A DNA stretch of 64,000 nt from Blastocladiella emersonii ATCC 22665. Lineage: Eukaryota > Fungi > Blastocladiomycota. Positions within the stretch are counted from its first letter, which is position 1, and every line of letters starts with the position of its first letter. Shown here piece after piece: positions 25,124 through 38,250 of the stretch. The notes under the pieces are model-generated. The model did not search any database and was not told the origin of the DNA. It saw nothing but the letters and a program-made list of their open reading frames with translations. A program made the position numbers and the translations under genes. The stretch spans positions 1 through 64,000 of the forward strand of contig JANHCV010000011.1 in the NCBI GenBank assembly GCA_025594325.1. The letters are read 5' to 3'.

Positions 25124-26651
25124 TTACAGCGATGCCTTGAGGTGGGCCGGCAGCGTCGGCTTGGCGCGGACCGTGGCAACCTGGTGGTCCGAGATGGGGC
25201 GGGCCTCGACGGCGGGGTTGTACCCGAACCGCACGCGCGGGTCCTCCCACTTGGCGTTGCCCTGGGCGGCAGGCTTGGGCTTGCCGAGGTCGGGGGTGCG
25301 GCGGTACACGGCGACGACGGCGGCGCCGCCGAGGCCGAGGTTGTGCTGCAGCGCGACGTCGAGCTGGCCGGGGACCTGGCGGTCGCCACACCACCCGCGC
25401 AGCTGCCACGTCAGCTCGGCGCACTGCGCGAGGCCCGTGGCGCCGAGAGGGTGGCCCTTGGAGATGAGCCCGCCCGACGGGTTCACGGTCACGTCCTGGC
25501 CGGCGCCCGCGGTGCCGATGACGCCGTGCGGCTGCTGCGTCAGCGACGCGACAAAGTCGAGGCTGTTGGGCGTCAGGCCGAGCGCGTCGTACGTGATGAG
25601 CTCGTTGGCCGAGAAGCAGTCGTGCAGCTCGACCACGCGCACGGCCGAGATTGGGACCTGCGCCTGCGCCAGCGCTTTGCGCGTCGCGGTGCGCGTCATC
25701 TCGGACCCGGCAATGGCCGTGAACTTGACGGCGCGCTCGTCGATGGACCCCTCGCCGCCGAGACCGTCGGAGCCGGTGAAAAAGGTGCTGAACGACGCGT
25801 CCGTGTCAGTCGCCATGGCCATGCCGGCCACCTCGACGGCCTGCGCCTCGAGGTTGTGGCGGCGGACAAAGTCCTCGGAGGCCAGGATGGCGCTACACGC
25901 AGCATCGAGCAGACGGGTCAGCGTGGGATTCGGACGGCGAATAAGAGTCGCAAGGCGCGTACCAGGCGCTCCCATCCGAGGTCGGGCAGCACTGGAGCAT
26001 GGTGAGCGGGCCGAACACCTTGCGCGACTTCTCGATCTGCTCGAGCGTGTACTCATCGCGGAACTGCGAGTAGGGGTTCTTGGTCGAGTGCAGGTGGTTC
26101 TTCCACGCGATCTTGGACATGAGCTTGCGCTGGGCGGCCTCGTCCGTGACGCCGCGCTCCTCGCAGTACTCGATGCCGGCGAGGCCAAAGATGGTCGGGG
26201 CCATGGGCTTGCGCGGGTCGAGCTCGTGCTTGGCGCCGATGACCGAGAGGTGCGGGGCGAGCGGCGGGGCGCGGTCGGTCCAGACGGACGCCAGCGAGCC
26301 GGGCGCCATCTTCTCGAAGCCGAGGGCGAGTGCGCACTCGGCCTGGCCGGCCGCGACGGCGTTGCGGGCCAGGTACAGCGCCGAGCTACCCGTGCTGCAG
26401 TTGTTGTTCACATTGACGACGGGGATCGAGGTCCGGCCGAGCTCGTAGAGCGCGCGCTGCCCGGCCGTGGAATCGCCGTAGCAGTAGCCGACGTAGGCCT
26501 GCTCGACGGCGTCGTAGGTGATGTTGGCGTCGAGCAGCGCCTTGGCCAGCGCCTCCCGCGCGAGGACCGGGTAGTCAGGGCCGTCGGCGCGGCCCGGCTT
26601 GATGAACTTGGTCATGCCGACGCCGATGACGTAGACTTTGGTCGGTGCCAT
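25124..26651 (-). CDS. SCP2/SCPx-type thiolase (non-specific lipid-transfer protein) without the C-terminal SCP2 domain; intron 25962-25893
   Basis: VYVIGVGMTKF, NVNNNCSTGSSAL, CCPTSDGSA, VVELHDCFSANEL, NPSGGLISKGHPLGATG, LQHNLGLGGA. Confidence 0.93.
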
Positions 26652-26866
26652 GGTGTCCGATGCTACGTGGGAGTGCGTGTGGGCGGGGGAGAGGGAGCGG
26701 GAGCGCGAGGGGCGGCGCGCGCTTTATACGCTGCCGGGGGAACGCGTCACGCGGTGCAGGGCGCACGCGTTCATGACCCGGATCCGCCGACTCGGACACC
26801 GCGTGAAATCAGAGAGGGAGACTACGGAAGCTATGTATGTATATGATATCCCGCGGGGTCGGGCGT

Positions 26867-27917
26867 CTAGCCGAGGGCGCGCATGAGCTCGACGGCGCGC
26901 AGGGCCTTCCACTTGGCCACGGCCTTGCGGTTGGCCTTGCGGTTCTTCTTCTTCTCGGCCTTGGCTGCCGCGCGGGCTGCCGCCTTGACCGGGTCCGCCG
27001 TGGACGCGGGGGCAGGCGCAGCCGACTTGGCCGCCGCCGCCTTCTTGGGCGCGACCTCCTCGGCGTCGCTGTCGCTCGAGTCGGAATCCGAGTCAGACGA
27101 CGAGGAAGACGGGCTGGAGGAGGAAGAGTCCGAGTCGGACGAGGAGCTCGAGTCGCTGCTGCTACTGCTGCTCGAGCTGCTGCTCCCGCTGTCGCTGCTG
27201 TCGGCAGTGGCCTCGCTGATCTTCTTGGCCTCCTGGTAGATGCGGTCGCGGGCGGCGCCCTTGAGGCCCTCGAGGTACTCGACGAGCAGCGCAAACGAGT
27301 CGTCCGAGATCTACACGCGTCGAGAAACCCGTCAGCCTGGTACGGATCGAGTCGAGGGAGAGGGAGGGGATGCGGACCTTGCCAGGCGTGTAAATGTACT
27401 TGAGCAGCCACGACTGGGTGTTCTTGTTGAACTTCCAGCCGGCGCCGCGGGCCGACTTCCACAGCGTCAGGTACTCGATGGCGGTCGACTTTTCCGCGTC
27501 TGTGCAAGCGACGCGCGTAGGATCAGCACGCGTCTTCGCGGCCAATCAAGAGGCAGCGTGGCGTACCAGGCTTGGCGGCCTTGTCAGCAGCCGCGGCGGC
27601 AGCGAGCTTGCGTGCCTTCTTGGAGCGCTTCTTGCGTGACTTCTTCGTGTTGCGCGGGTTGGTCGCGGGCTGCTCAATGGCCTCGGCGGCCGTCTCGACC
27701 AGCGTCTCGTCGGGGATGGAGGTCGGGACGGCGGCACCGGCACGAGCAGCGTTCTTCTGCGACTTGGCCATGCGGTCCTTGACCGAGGCTAGCTTCTCCT
27801 CGGCTAGACGACGCAGAACACGGCGGATCAGGGCCCGTGGTCCGAGCAAGTCGGTCGGTGGGCGGCGGGATGCGCACCGCGCTTGGCCAGGTTGATGCGT
27901 TTTCCATTAGGCTTCAT
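26867..27917 (-). CDS. WKF-domain (C7orf50/DUF2373-like) protein; introns 27877-27804, 27566-27500, 27377-27311
   Basis: AIEYLTLWK..GWKFNKNTQSWLLKYIY..K|ISDDSFALLVEYLEGLKGAARDRI. Three canonical introns keep the frame; Ser/Asp-rich tail. Confidence 0.85.
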
Positions 27918-28147
27918 GTTGCTGCGTGTGGAAGGGTCCGTGTAGCGTTCCTGGTCGCTAGAACGAGGAGCGGGGGCGGCGGAGAGGCCGAGGGGGAGCG
28001 GCGACGCGCGTGGCGAGTGCGCGCCAGTCACGCGGCCCGTTGCAGCCGCTCCAGCAAGGCCAAGCGCGCGGCCCTCCCTCGCTCTCTCGCAGCAACACCC
28101 CACTTGTATGAAGTACTGCTGAGAGACGAATCAAACACCACGAAACC

Positions 28148-29200
28148 ATGCCGCAGTGCCAGCGGTGTACCACGGCGCGCGCGGCGCTCAGGCGGCCCAA
28201 GACGGGCGAGCACATCTGCAAGGAGTGCTTCTACCTCGCCTTCGAGACGGAGATCCACGAGACGATTGTGGGCAACGCGCTGTTCCGCGCCGGCGAGCGG
28301 GTGGCGATCGGGGCGAGCGGCGGCAAGGACTCGACGGTGCTGGCACACGTGCTCAAGACGCTCAACGACCGGCACGGGTACGGGCTCGACCTGGTGCTGC
28401 TGTCCGTGGACGAGGGCATCACCGGGTACCGCGACGACTCGCTGGCGACGGTCAAGCGCAACAAGGAGCAGTACGGGCTGCCGCTGCTGGTGGTGAGCTA
28501 CGCGGAGCTGTACGGGTGGTCCATGGACGAGATCGTGGCGCAGGTCGGGCTCAAGAACAACTGCACCTTCTGCGGCGTGTTCCGGCGGCAGGCCTTGGAC
28601 CGCGGGGCGGTGGTGCTGGGCGTCGACCACATTGTGACGGGCCACAACGCGGACGACATTGCCGAGACGGTGCTGATGAACGTGCTGCGGGGCGACTTCG
28701 CGCGGCTGCAGCGGTGCACGGCGATCCTGAACCAGAGCGGCGACGAGGCCATCAAGCGCAGCAAGCCGTTCAAGTACACGTACGAGAAGGAGATAGTCAT
28801 GTACGCCTACTTCAAGAAGCTCGACTACTTTTCGACCGAGTGCACGTACGCGACGCAGGCGTACCGCGGGTACGCGCGCACGTACCTCAAGGACCTCGAG
28901 GCGCTGCGGCCGTCGGCGATCCTCGACATTATCTCGTCGGGCGAGGCGTTTGCGGCGCCGGTCGAGGAGGCGGCGGCGCCAAGGGGTGTGAGCGGCGGCG
29001 GCGGCGGCGAGGGCAAGCGCAAGCAGGGCAAGGCGGCACGGGCGCCGCAGAACGATGCGGGCGAGTGCGAGCGGTGCGGGTACATGTCGTCGCAGCGGGT
29101 GTGCAAGGCGTGCGTGCTGCTCGAGGGGCTCAACCGCGGGCTGCCGCAGCTCGGGATCGGCAAGACGGACGCGCTGGTACGTGCCCACGTCGTGTGCTAG
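28148..29200 (+). CDS. NCS6: Cytoplasmic tRNA 2-thiolation protein 1
   Basis: CxxC..CxxC, SGGKDS PP-loop, [36 protein letters not shown]-terminal [16 protein letters not shown]. Confidence 0.97.
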   Translation: MPQCQRCTTARAALRRPKTGEHICKECFYLAFETEIHETIVGNALFRAGERVAIGASGGKDSTVLAHVLKTLNDRHGYGLDLVLLSVDEGITGYRDDSLATVKRNKEQYGLPLLVVSYAELYGWSMDEIVAQVGLKNNCTFCGVFRRQALDRGAVVLGVDHIVTGHNADDIAETVLMNVLRGDFARLQRCTAILNQSGDEAIKRSKPFKYTYEKEIVMYAYFKKLDYFSTECTYATQAYRGYARTYLKDLEALRPSAILDIISSGEAFAAPVEEAAAPRGVSGGGGGEGKRKQGKAARAPQNDAGECERCGYMSSQRVCKACVLLEGLNRGLPQLGIGKTDALVRAHVVC

Positions 29201-30605
29201 GTGGTCGACCCGCGGACTGACTCGTGTGTGGACGCGGATGCGTGTAGCGGCGCAAGCACCACCTGGCCGAGGACGCGGGCGCACTCGGGCGGCGGATCCA
29301 GCACATGGACGCGGTGCGGTCCGAGGCGGCGGCGGTGGCAGCCTCGGCGCCGACGCTGGACGCGGCCGTGGACCGGCTGCACCTGCGCGGCGCGCTCAGC
29401 GAGCAGTAGCCGGCGGCGACGACGATCGCGACCACGGCAGCGGCAGGGCTCGAGGCGGCGGCGCGGCAGGGCGAGATGAGGCGATCGGCGCCCCTCGTCG
29501 CGAGGACGACTCGTTCGCGTCCGCTCGCGCCCCGATCCAGCGGTGCGTGTGGTGGGGGACGGGGTCGGGGCCGCGTCGAGTCGCGTCGCGTCGCGCCGCG
29601 TCGTGCATCCCGGCGAGAACGCTGGCGAGAACAACCCACCAGCGGGAGACGCGGGAGACATATCGCGGCTCTACCCGACAATACATAGTAAAACTATTTC
29701 CCGCCCCCACGGTTTCGGCCGCGAGTGATGAAACGAGGCTTGAGGTGCAGCAGGCAGCGCCGCAGGCTGGAGGGCCGACCCGAGTCCTTGCTCGCGCCCC
29801 GCGCTCCCTCCCGACCGGGCCTGGACTGCATGTAAATAAATCATCCCGCTCGCTGCAACCACGGCGGCGACGACGACGACCACGACGACGGCGATCACCC
29901 GCAACCGGACAGTCACGCGCCGCGACCGAGGCCGGTTCCCACGACGACCGCGCCCCACCAACGGCGGCCCGAGGTCCGCTGGCTCCCATCGACGGCCCGC
30001 CCGGCCACCACCACCACCACCACCACCACCTGCCGCATTGGGCTGCTGGTCGCGGACAGGGCAGCCAACGCTGCAGCCAACGCGCGCTGCCGCCGACGTG
30101 ACCGTGACCGTGACGGCGGCCGGCCCGCCGACAAGCTTCCTCTCCTCCCCCGTCGCCCTCGACTCCGCCCCGCCGTAGAGCCCGCCCGCACCGCGCGTGC
30201 CATGGAGCAGCAGCATTGCATCGTTGCACACGCCCTCTGTTCCGCCCCGCCCCTCGAGTCCACGACTGCGGCTCCGCCGGCAGCTCTGGCCTCACCGACT
30301 TCCTCCCCGGCGGCGACTTGTGTGGGACCCGCGCCCGCCGCGACCGCGCCTCGGACTGCCGCGACTAGTGGCCCCCACCCTCCCCCATCGGGTACGCACG
30401 CCTCGCTCCGGCGCCGCGATCGGCCGCGGCTGGCTCCACCGGCGGCTTGCGCGCGGCCGCTGCGCGCGCGCTCAGCACACGGGCGCGGCCGAGTGACTAA
30501 TCGCAGAGTAATCGCGCGCGGCTGCGTGCGCGGCCCCGCTCCCGCGTAGACGCTGCTCCTCCTCCCCTCCCCATCCCCGCCCTGTCCCGCACCGTCACGC
30601 CCGAG

Positions 30606-33600
30606 ATGCACGCCTTTGCCCTCGGCCCGCCGCGCTCGCCCATGCTCCCGACGAGCCTGCGCCACCAGCAACAGCCGCCGCACCCGCACCCGCACCCGCA
30701 CCCGCAGCCCAAACTCAGCCCCGCTCCCGCCGCGCTGTCGCTGTCGCTGCCGCCGTCGCCCGCCCCGCCCGCCCCGCCCGCGCTCGCCCACCCGCTGCCG
30801 CGCACCCCGCGCGACGCCCTCTACGCCGCCAACGACCCGTTCGCCTTCCCGTGGCTCAACGCGCCCGTCTCGCCCTCCCCCGCCTCGTCGGCCGCCTCCA
30901 CCCCGCCGCCGCATGCGCACGCGCCCGACATGGCCGCCGTCCCGCTCGACGCGTCCCGCGCCGCCTCGCCGCTCGCCTCGACCCGCCCGAGCACGACCGA
31001 CCGCCGGCCACGGCCCTCGGCCGCCGGCCTGACCATCGTGACTGCCCCGCCGCCCTCGCGCTCGGGCTCGGGCACGCACGCCGGCTCGCCGCACCGCGGC
31101 ACCGACCCCTTCGCCTACGGGAACCCGAGCGCGCCCAACACCCCCTCCGTCTTCCAGCGCGCCCTCGTCGACCGCCTCGCCTCCTCTACCCCGCCCGACC
31201 TCGTCGCCTCGTCCTCACCAACCGCCTGGCACGCGCCGCCCCTCCCGCCCTCTACCCCACCCGCACCGCCCGCACCGCCCGCACCGCTCAACCCGATGCA
31301 CTACTCGCCGACGCGCTTCACCGGCGCCAGCGGCGGCGGGAACGGCGGCACCGCCCGCGCCATCGTCACCACGGGACTCGACCGCATCGTGCGCATGTCC
31401 GACGACCGCTTTGCCCAGCTCTTCGGCCCCGCCGCGTCCTCTGCGTCCGCCGCGCCCACGCCAGCCCCTCAACCGGCCTCGGCACCCGCTGCGCCGCCTT
31501 CCTCGCTGGCCGCAAGCCCCGCGTCCGAACCTCGCCAGCTGGCTCCCGCCGCCGTCGAGTCGGGCTCCGCATCGCCCGCTCCCTCCTCGCTCATCGGCTC
31601 GGGCCTCGTCACCCCTATCGCCTCACCGCTCGGAGGTCTACTCTCCGTTGGCGGTGGGTCCGTCTCGCCCGCGCCGCGCAAGGTCGTCCGCAAGCGCTTT
31701 GTCGTCTTCAACCCCGCCGCCGACGCGGCCGCGGCCGCCGCCGAGGGCCCCGCTTCGACGGCTCCGACCGCCTCGTCGTCGCCCTCCTCGTCTCCCGCCA
31801 CGACGACCACCTCGCTCTTCGCCAGCCCGCCTCCGCCGGCCACCCTGTCGCTGCCCTCCCCACCCCCTGCGGTACCGCCGCCTCCACCGCCACCACCGGT
31901 GCCTCTCGCTGCGCCCTCGTCCATTGTCGGCATCGACTTCCTCAAGCTGCTCGCCCCGAGCTACCGCGACAAGGTCGCCCTCAAGATCGCCACCCGGCTC
32001 CCGCGCTTCGCCACCTCGGGCGGCCTGTTCAAGGACGTGGTCCTCGTCGCCGGCCGAATCGTACGTCGCCGCTTCCCCACACGCATCTCCCCCAACACCG
32101 AACGCGCATCCTTCGATTCCGCTCCCTCGACCGGCGGTTCATGCGGGTCACTGACATCACGCCGCTTGCCATTCTTACCAGGTCCGCCTGCAATGGGCCG
32201 ACGGCGCGTCCTCGATCCCCGTCAGCCTGTGGGTCAAGGCCAAGGCGCCCGCGTCGCCCTCGGCCGAGCCCGTCCTGCTCTGGGTCCTCGAGGAGATCAA
32301 TGAGATCTCGCTCCACTGTGTCATCGACCCCGACGGCTCCGTCGCGTCCATGGACGGTCCCTGGGCCGACATCTTCCCCAACCGCTTCGCTACGCGCGCC
32401 TCGCCGACCCTCGCGCTCGCCGATGTCGTGCCCGCGCTGCGTGCCGCGACACGGCCGGCCGCGCCGCTCATGGCCCTGATCAACGAGACCCGTTTCTTCT
32501 CGGCCTCTGATGTCGCGCCCGTTGGCGACGACGCAGCCGGCACAGTCGCGCGCGCGTTCCCCGTCCTCGTGCAGGCGTCGCCTGCGAGCTCGGCGCTGAG
32601 CAACCTGCAGCAGGCGCAGCACCGAGACCCGCGCCCGCCCACGCCGCAGTCGCCGACCGCCTCCCCGGTCCCGTCCTCACTACCGGGTGATGATGACGGC
32701 GCTATTGCCGTCACGGTGCTCGTCTTGCCGCATCTCGCCGGCATGTTGACCGTCGACGAGAAGGGCACCATCCTATCGGTGCACCCGGGCCTCGCCAAAC
32801 AGCTGCTCGGCCGACCTGCCCGCACCCTCCTCCACCATTCCCTCGGCACCGTGTTCCCGCAGCTTCCGCCCGTCCTTCAGACCCTCGCCCGCACGCGCTC
32901 CACCTCGCCGCCGCCCACGCCACCCGCACACCACCAGCACCACCACCACGCCACCTCGCCCGATTCTGCTCCCATTACGGCCGATCCCATGGCCGTCGAT
33001 ACCCCACCTGCAGCTGCTCCCGCGACCGCGACCGCGCCCGCCACCTCGATGCGCACTGGCGCCATGGCCGACGGGCCCGTCATTTCGGCCGCGACCATCC
33101 GCCGCCTCGTCGGCGCCCACTCGTGCGCGGGCGGCCCGTCAACCTCGGGCATCTACTGCGTGCACCGTGACGGCGGCCGGATCCCGTGCCACGTCCAGGT
33201 CCGCCCGCTCGCCACTCTCGACGGGCGCCAGGTCTTCTCGCTCTGGATCTCGTTTGACCACTGGGTCCAGCACCGCGTCGCACCGGCGGCTACCTCCTCA
33301 TCGGCCCTCGTTCCCGCGGCGCTCCCGCCCACTCCGCTCGCCGAGTCGGCGCCCGCGGCCGCGTCGTTCTCGGCGCCGACCGCTCAGTCGGCTCCGGCCG
33401 TCAAACCACGCTGGCGCGTGCATGAGCTTCTCGCCGACGGATCCCCGAGCGTCACCACCTCGCCCTCGTCCTGTACCGCGTCGCCCGCCGCGACGAGTGC
33501 CACGGGCGGCCCCAGGAAGCTCAAGTCGCGCGCCGACTACGATCTGCTGCGGCCCGTGGGCAAGGGCGCGTACGGCGAGGTGCACCTCGTGCGCGACCGC

Positions 33601-34422
33601 GCGTCGGGCACCGTGCTCGTCCTCAAGCTGATTGATAAGGACAAGATCGCGCCCGACGCGTGGACCAAGCTCAAGCCGTACGGCGTCGTCCCGCGCGAAA
33701 TTGCTATTCTAGCAGATCTCGCGTCCGCCTCGGCTGCATCCGGCGCGCCGTACCCGCCCTACATCACGCGCATGGTCGGGTTCTGGGAGGGCGCGGCCGA
33801 GTTCGGACTCGAGATGGCCGTGCACGGCGGCGGCAGCAGCGGTACCGATCTGGGATCCGCCAGCGTCGACCTGTTCGAGTACACGGAGCACACGGCGCGC
33901 GGCGTCCTCGACGAGCCCGCCGTCCGCTGCATCTTCCGCCAGGTGTGCCTCGCCGTCGCGCACCTCCACGCCCGCGACATTGTGCACCGCGACATCAAGG
34001 ACGAGAACGTGATCGTCGCCAAGGGCGATAGCCGCACCGCCGGTGAGGACGTCCCGCAGGTGCAGCTCATCGATTTTGGGTCCGCGACGTACGCGCGGTC
34101 CGCGCGCCCTGTGCTCAACTCGTTTGCTGGGACGCTCGACTACTGCCCGCCCGAGATTCTGCTCGGCAAGCCGTACCAGGGCAAACCGCAGGACGTGTGG
34201 GCGCTCGGTGTGCTGCTCTACATTCTCCTGTTCCGCGAGTGCCCGTTCTTCAACGAGAACGAGGTCCTCCGCCGCCCGGTCCAGATCCCCGCCGCGTACC
34301 GCGGTGCCGCGTCGCCCGAGGTCGTACAGCTCCTGCAGCGGATGCTCAACAAGGACGAGGCAGCGCGGCCAACTATGGCGGAGGTCGTCGCTCATCCATG
34401 GGTGCGTCTGGCGACGGGGTGA
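30606..34422 (+). CDS. PAS-domain Ser/Thr kinase (PASK/Ppk6-like), ~1231 aa; intron 32061-32181
   Basis: IPVSLWVK..LWVLEEI and GMLTVDEKGTILSV..LLG PAS-like segments. Kinase motifs GKGAYGEV, LKLI, HRDIKDENVI, DFG, FAGTLDYCPPE, DVWALG. Confidence 0.88.
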
Positions 34423-34903
34423 TAACTTTGCCGGGCTGCGCGTGCCTCGATTGAGCATTCCGATTCCGCCTTTGCTATCATTTAATCAATTTGGTGTGTT
34501 TCTCTTGCTTGACTTGGAGTGTGAGATCTGCCCGCGCGCCAGAAGAATGGGCCATGTCCTGGCCATTCCAGTACAACTCTGACCAAGTTCTCAGCACCAA
34601 AGTAAATAACGCAGAGTTGAATGCTGTTGAGGGAATGCGGAGGGAAAACGTGCTCGAGGCGGCTATCCTGCTCGGTCGTGTTGCGCCACTCACGACACGT
34701 TTCACAACAATCCGTTGCTGACGCGCCGCAGCGAGGAAAGTAAACCTCGGCTGTCTAACGAGTTGTACTCAAGCCGCCAAAGGACACCGCCAGCGGGGTG
34801 CCTCGCTGGCGGATGAGTGATACATTGCAGTAAGTGGGCGGGCGGGGGCAGGGAGCGGGGATCGACTACGACGCGACGAAGCGTCACTCGTCGCCCAAAG
34901 CGT

Positions 34904-35231
34904 ACTCGCGGCCATGCTCACGCCAGGCGGTGTCACGTGTGGGTGGGCACGCGACGCGTCGCCGCCGCTGACTTGCTGCAACGGCGGCGGCCTGCCACGC
35001 CCATCACACCCCGCTCATTTCAGCCGCGACCGCAACACGAGGCCTGGATCGCGCGAGCAGCGAGAGGGGTGGCAGGCCGCGGGCAAGCCCTCAAGCTGGC
35101 GGCGGCGACGCGTCGCGTGTTCACGCCAGCTAGCGACACGTGCCGCGAAATCCAGGCCACGGCCGAATTCCGCAACGGCTCCACTCGCGGCCATGCTCAC
35201 GCCAGGCTGTGTCACGTGTGGGTGAGCACGC
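34904..35231 (+). repeat. 49-bp direct repeat pair (34904-34952, 35183-35231)
   Basis: ACTCGCGGCCATGCTCACGCCAGGC(G/T)GTGTCACGTGTGGGTG(G/A)GCACGC, 47/49 identical. Confidence 0.9.
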
Positions 35232-35352
35232 ACGTGTTTTCGCGACGCGTCTCGCACCCCGTCTCGCAGCCCGCCAAGCTGCGTCCCCCGGTCGGAGACC
35301 CTGGCCTTGCTATGCATAGCGTGGCAACGGGACAAAGTACATTTGAATTTAA

Positions 35353-35418
35353 TTATACTTGAGGCACCTAAACGCTTCGCGTTCGGTTTTCAATTGAGGG
35401 CTTAAGCCCCCGCCACGT
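35353..35418 (+). repeat. Module B, copy 1 (dispersed hairpin-containing repeat)
   Basis: TTATACTTGAGGCACCTAAACGCTTCGCGTTCGGTTTTCAATTGAGGGCTTAAGCCC. Recurs at 51796 (split by Copia, resuming 56373), 59712-59786 (reverse) and 60066-60120. Confidence 0.88.
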
Positions 35419-35536
35419 ATGGTGCACGAGTGGTGGAGGTGCTGTCGCGTGCGTCCCGCATGGGAGGTTTAGGTGATCGAGCTATGGAAATCGTGCTATT
35501 GATGGATTAGATGATGGAATACACTACGTTAATACT

Positions 35537-38250
35537 CTACTGTGTTTTCTGTTTCTTGGCGTTCTGTGAGCCATCCTTGTCTCCAGCACGTTTGTTGCCC
35601 AATCGCCAAAACCTTGCGTTGAGAGCATCTGACGCGCGCTTGGCGACTAGCTTCTCAGCCGCGTGCTGGCGCGAGAAGAGAACCGCGTCGTCGAAGAGCT
35701 TGGCGATGCGCGGGTCGCCTGGCGCGATGGCTGTACTTTGATCAAAAGCGGTCTTGGTCAGCTCGTCGAGCATCTGGAGCCGCTTGTCCTCGGCCACTGC
35801 GAGTGGATCCGGCTTCATGGACTTGAGCACGGCTCTTGGGATCGGCTGAAGCACCCACAGGTACTTTGGGCGACGAAGCCGCAATAACGCCACGTACAGG
35901 GAAGCGCCGCTGATTAGACGCTCCATGCCCGCGGGACGCGGATCTGCCAGGGCGATGGCGTTCTTGGTCACGCCTTGAACCCTGTGGATCGTCATGGCGA
36001 AGGCTGGCACCATCGGGTACTGCTCGATGTGCGCGACAACATGATTACGATACTTGCTCCTGTTGGTCTTGGTGTTGTTGACACAGAGCGGGAGCGAATC
36101 CCCCGTTGTGCTGACAACCCGCTCTCGCGACGTGGAACCGCCCGCCATGTACAGCAAGTCCTTCTTCTCCACGGCAAGCGGGATGACCGTGTCAGGCCAC
36201 GCGGCCGGCATGCCCGGGAAGCGAGGGCCACAAGGAGCGTCGGGCAGGTCGATCCACACGTTGAGTGGAGCGCAGGATGGCCGGTACATGTTGGACGCGG
36301 TTCGCGTGAACGTGGTCTCGGGCTTCCAGTCGATGTGGTGCACAACGCCAACCGCACCGTTCGCGCACCCCTTTGCTACGCACTGGTTGGTCTTGACGCG
36401 CATCTCCATTCCAACGAAGAGCTTGAGGATGGCCGGCAGTTCAGTTGTGGTTTCTGGCGCTCCTCCGAGGCGGAACACGTCCTTGTCGCAGATGGCGAGG
36501 CGTTCACGCGTGCGGCGCCTATCACGCGGGCGCGTGATGTTGCCCTTGGTCTGGAACACGATGCGGTTCGGGTTTGCTGCTGCGAGCCGCGTGTAGAGCA
36601 GGTTGAAGGCGCGGCGCGTGTGGTTGTCAGGCGCGATAACCCTGAGTCCGGGCTTCGTGAGGATCTCCTTGAGGACGTTGTTGCCGTTTTCGTCGACCTG
36701 CTGCTGAAGCTGAGCGGTCGTACGCGAGTTGATCAGGTCGCACAGCGTGTCCGACGCCTCGACGAGGCGGAGCGCGTCCCTTTCGTTGCCCCATGGTGGA
36801 TCGTCGACAAATCGGTTGCTCTTCACGAGACGAACAGCGCGTGTAGTGCGCCAGTACGCGACCTGGCCTCGATCCACGCGCTCGGGGACCGTCAATTGAT
36901 TTGACGTCATGCGCAGGTAGAACGAGTCCGGCGCGTCGTTGAGCACGGCGGGCACCTTGTTCGGGGCAGTTCCGTTGACGGGAGGCAGCTGTAAATGATC
37001 GCCAGTGAGCATGACGATGCACCCGCCGAATGTTTCGTCGCACCCGGCGCAGGAGGCGCAGGTTTGCGTCGATACGGCCAAGTAAAATCGCGTTGCACAT
37101 GGAGAACTTGTCAATGACAACGCCGAGACGCCCTTTCCACGCGATGGCAACCGCAGGATTGGTACGCAAACGGGCCACGTCTGGGCTGTTTCCTTTTGGC
37201 CTTAGCGAGAAAGAGAACGCGGCGTGGATGGTTGTACCGCCAATGTTGGCGGCCGCGATCCCGGTCATGGCCATGACCATGAGGCACTTTTCCCGGTTCC
37301 AGGACGCGAGGAAGTATCGGATTGCATCGATGACGCGCGACTTGCCCGTGCCGCCCAAGCCGGTGAGGATGATTGGCGTCCGGTCCTTGCTCATGGGCGG
37401 GAGGGCCGCGGTGCCAACGACATGTTGGACGTCGTCGCGTCCCAACAGGATCACGTTCTGCCCGGCCGAGGCCGCAGCGTCTGCGATACCCGCGTTGCCG
37501 CCGATGAACGTGGCGATGAGCGGCATGAGGAAGAGCACGAACGCGCGGTGCTGCTCTTCGTTGAGGCTGAACTTGAGCGAGACTTCCGCGAGGCTCGCGT
37601 ACGCGGGCGTGTGCACAGTGCGCTGCTTCTTGTCGCTCCACTCGTCGCCGCGTGTGTCTTAGGCAAAGTTGCTGATTGAGTCCGCGGCCTTGGTGACGAG
37701 GAACCGCGCGCGCGCGTCAGGATCCGTTGGCGTGGTCGTGAAGGCGCTGCGCCAAACGCCAATGGCTGGTCCGAGTTATGGTTCGGGCACGTCGACGGCC
37801 ATTTCCGGGTCGATACCATGCTGGGATGTGTTTGTTGAGGCTTCAGATGGCACTGCGGGAACAATACCAATCATGGGTGGCTGCCCGGGCCCGGGAACGA
37901 CAGGTACGGCGCCAATATCCGCGGTCGGATGACCTTGAGCCGCGGCAGCGCATAGTTGAGCCATGATTTTCTTGACCTCAGTCGGCGAGATGGGCGTCTC
38001 AAGGTACGGCGGCGGCGGCGCGGCGTTGACATCAAACGGCTGCACGTTGGGGGAGAGCAGGGTGCCCATCATGCCGTGGCCCATTCCAGGGATCAGCGTA
38101 AAGGTCACGCTCTCTATGCGCTCGAGGTTCGCCTCGGTTTCGCCGTCGTCGGCCAGGATGCTTACCACGTCCAAGTTGACGATAGTCGGGTCGAGAACAA
38201 TGTCGTTCTCTGACTGACCAACGACGCCAAGCACGGGTCCAGCTCGCGCG
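35537..38250 (-). pseudogene. Degenerate PIF1-family helicase, probably a Helitron-like remnant
   Basis: LTGLGGTGKS, MAMTGIAAANIGGTTIH, IDKFSM (for DE.SM), FGG..TGDHLQLPPV, KGCANG, PAFAMTIHRVQG, YVALLR. One frameshift near 37050 and in-frame TAA at ~37776 and ~37660. No Rep domain seen. Confidence 0.85.

Noticed and set aside
29200-30600. Several Arg/Pro/Gly-rich ORFs and (CAC)n, (CGA)n runs
   Set aside because: Low-complexity GC-rich intergenic or 5' UTR sequence; simple repeats only.
35537-37700. Functional host PIF1
   Set aside because: Frameshift, upstream in-frame stops, damaged motifs (DKFSM, YVALLR) and TE context.
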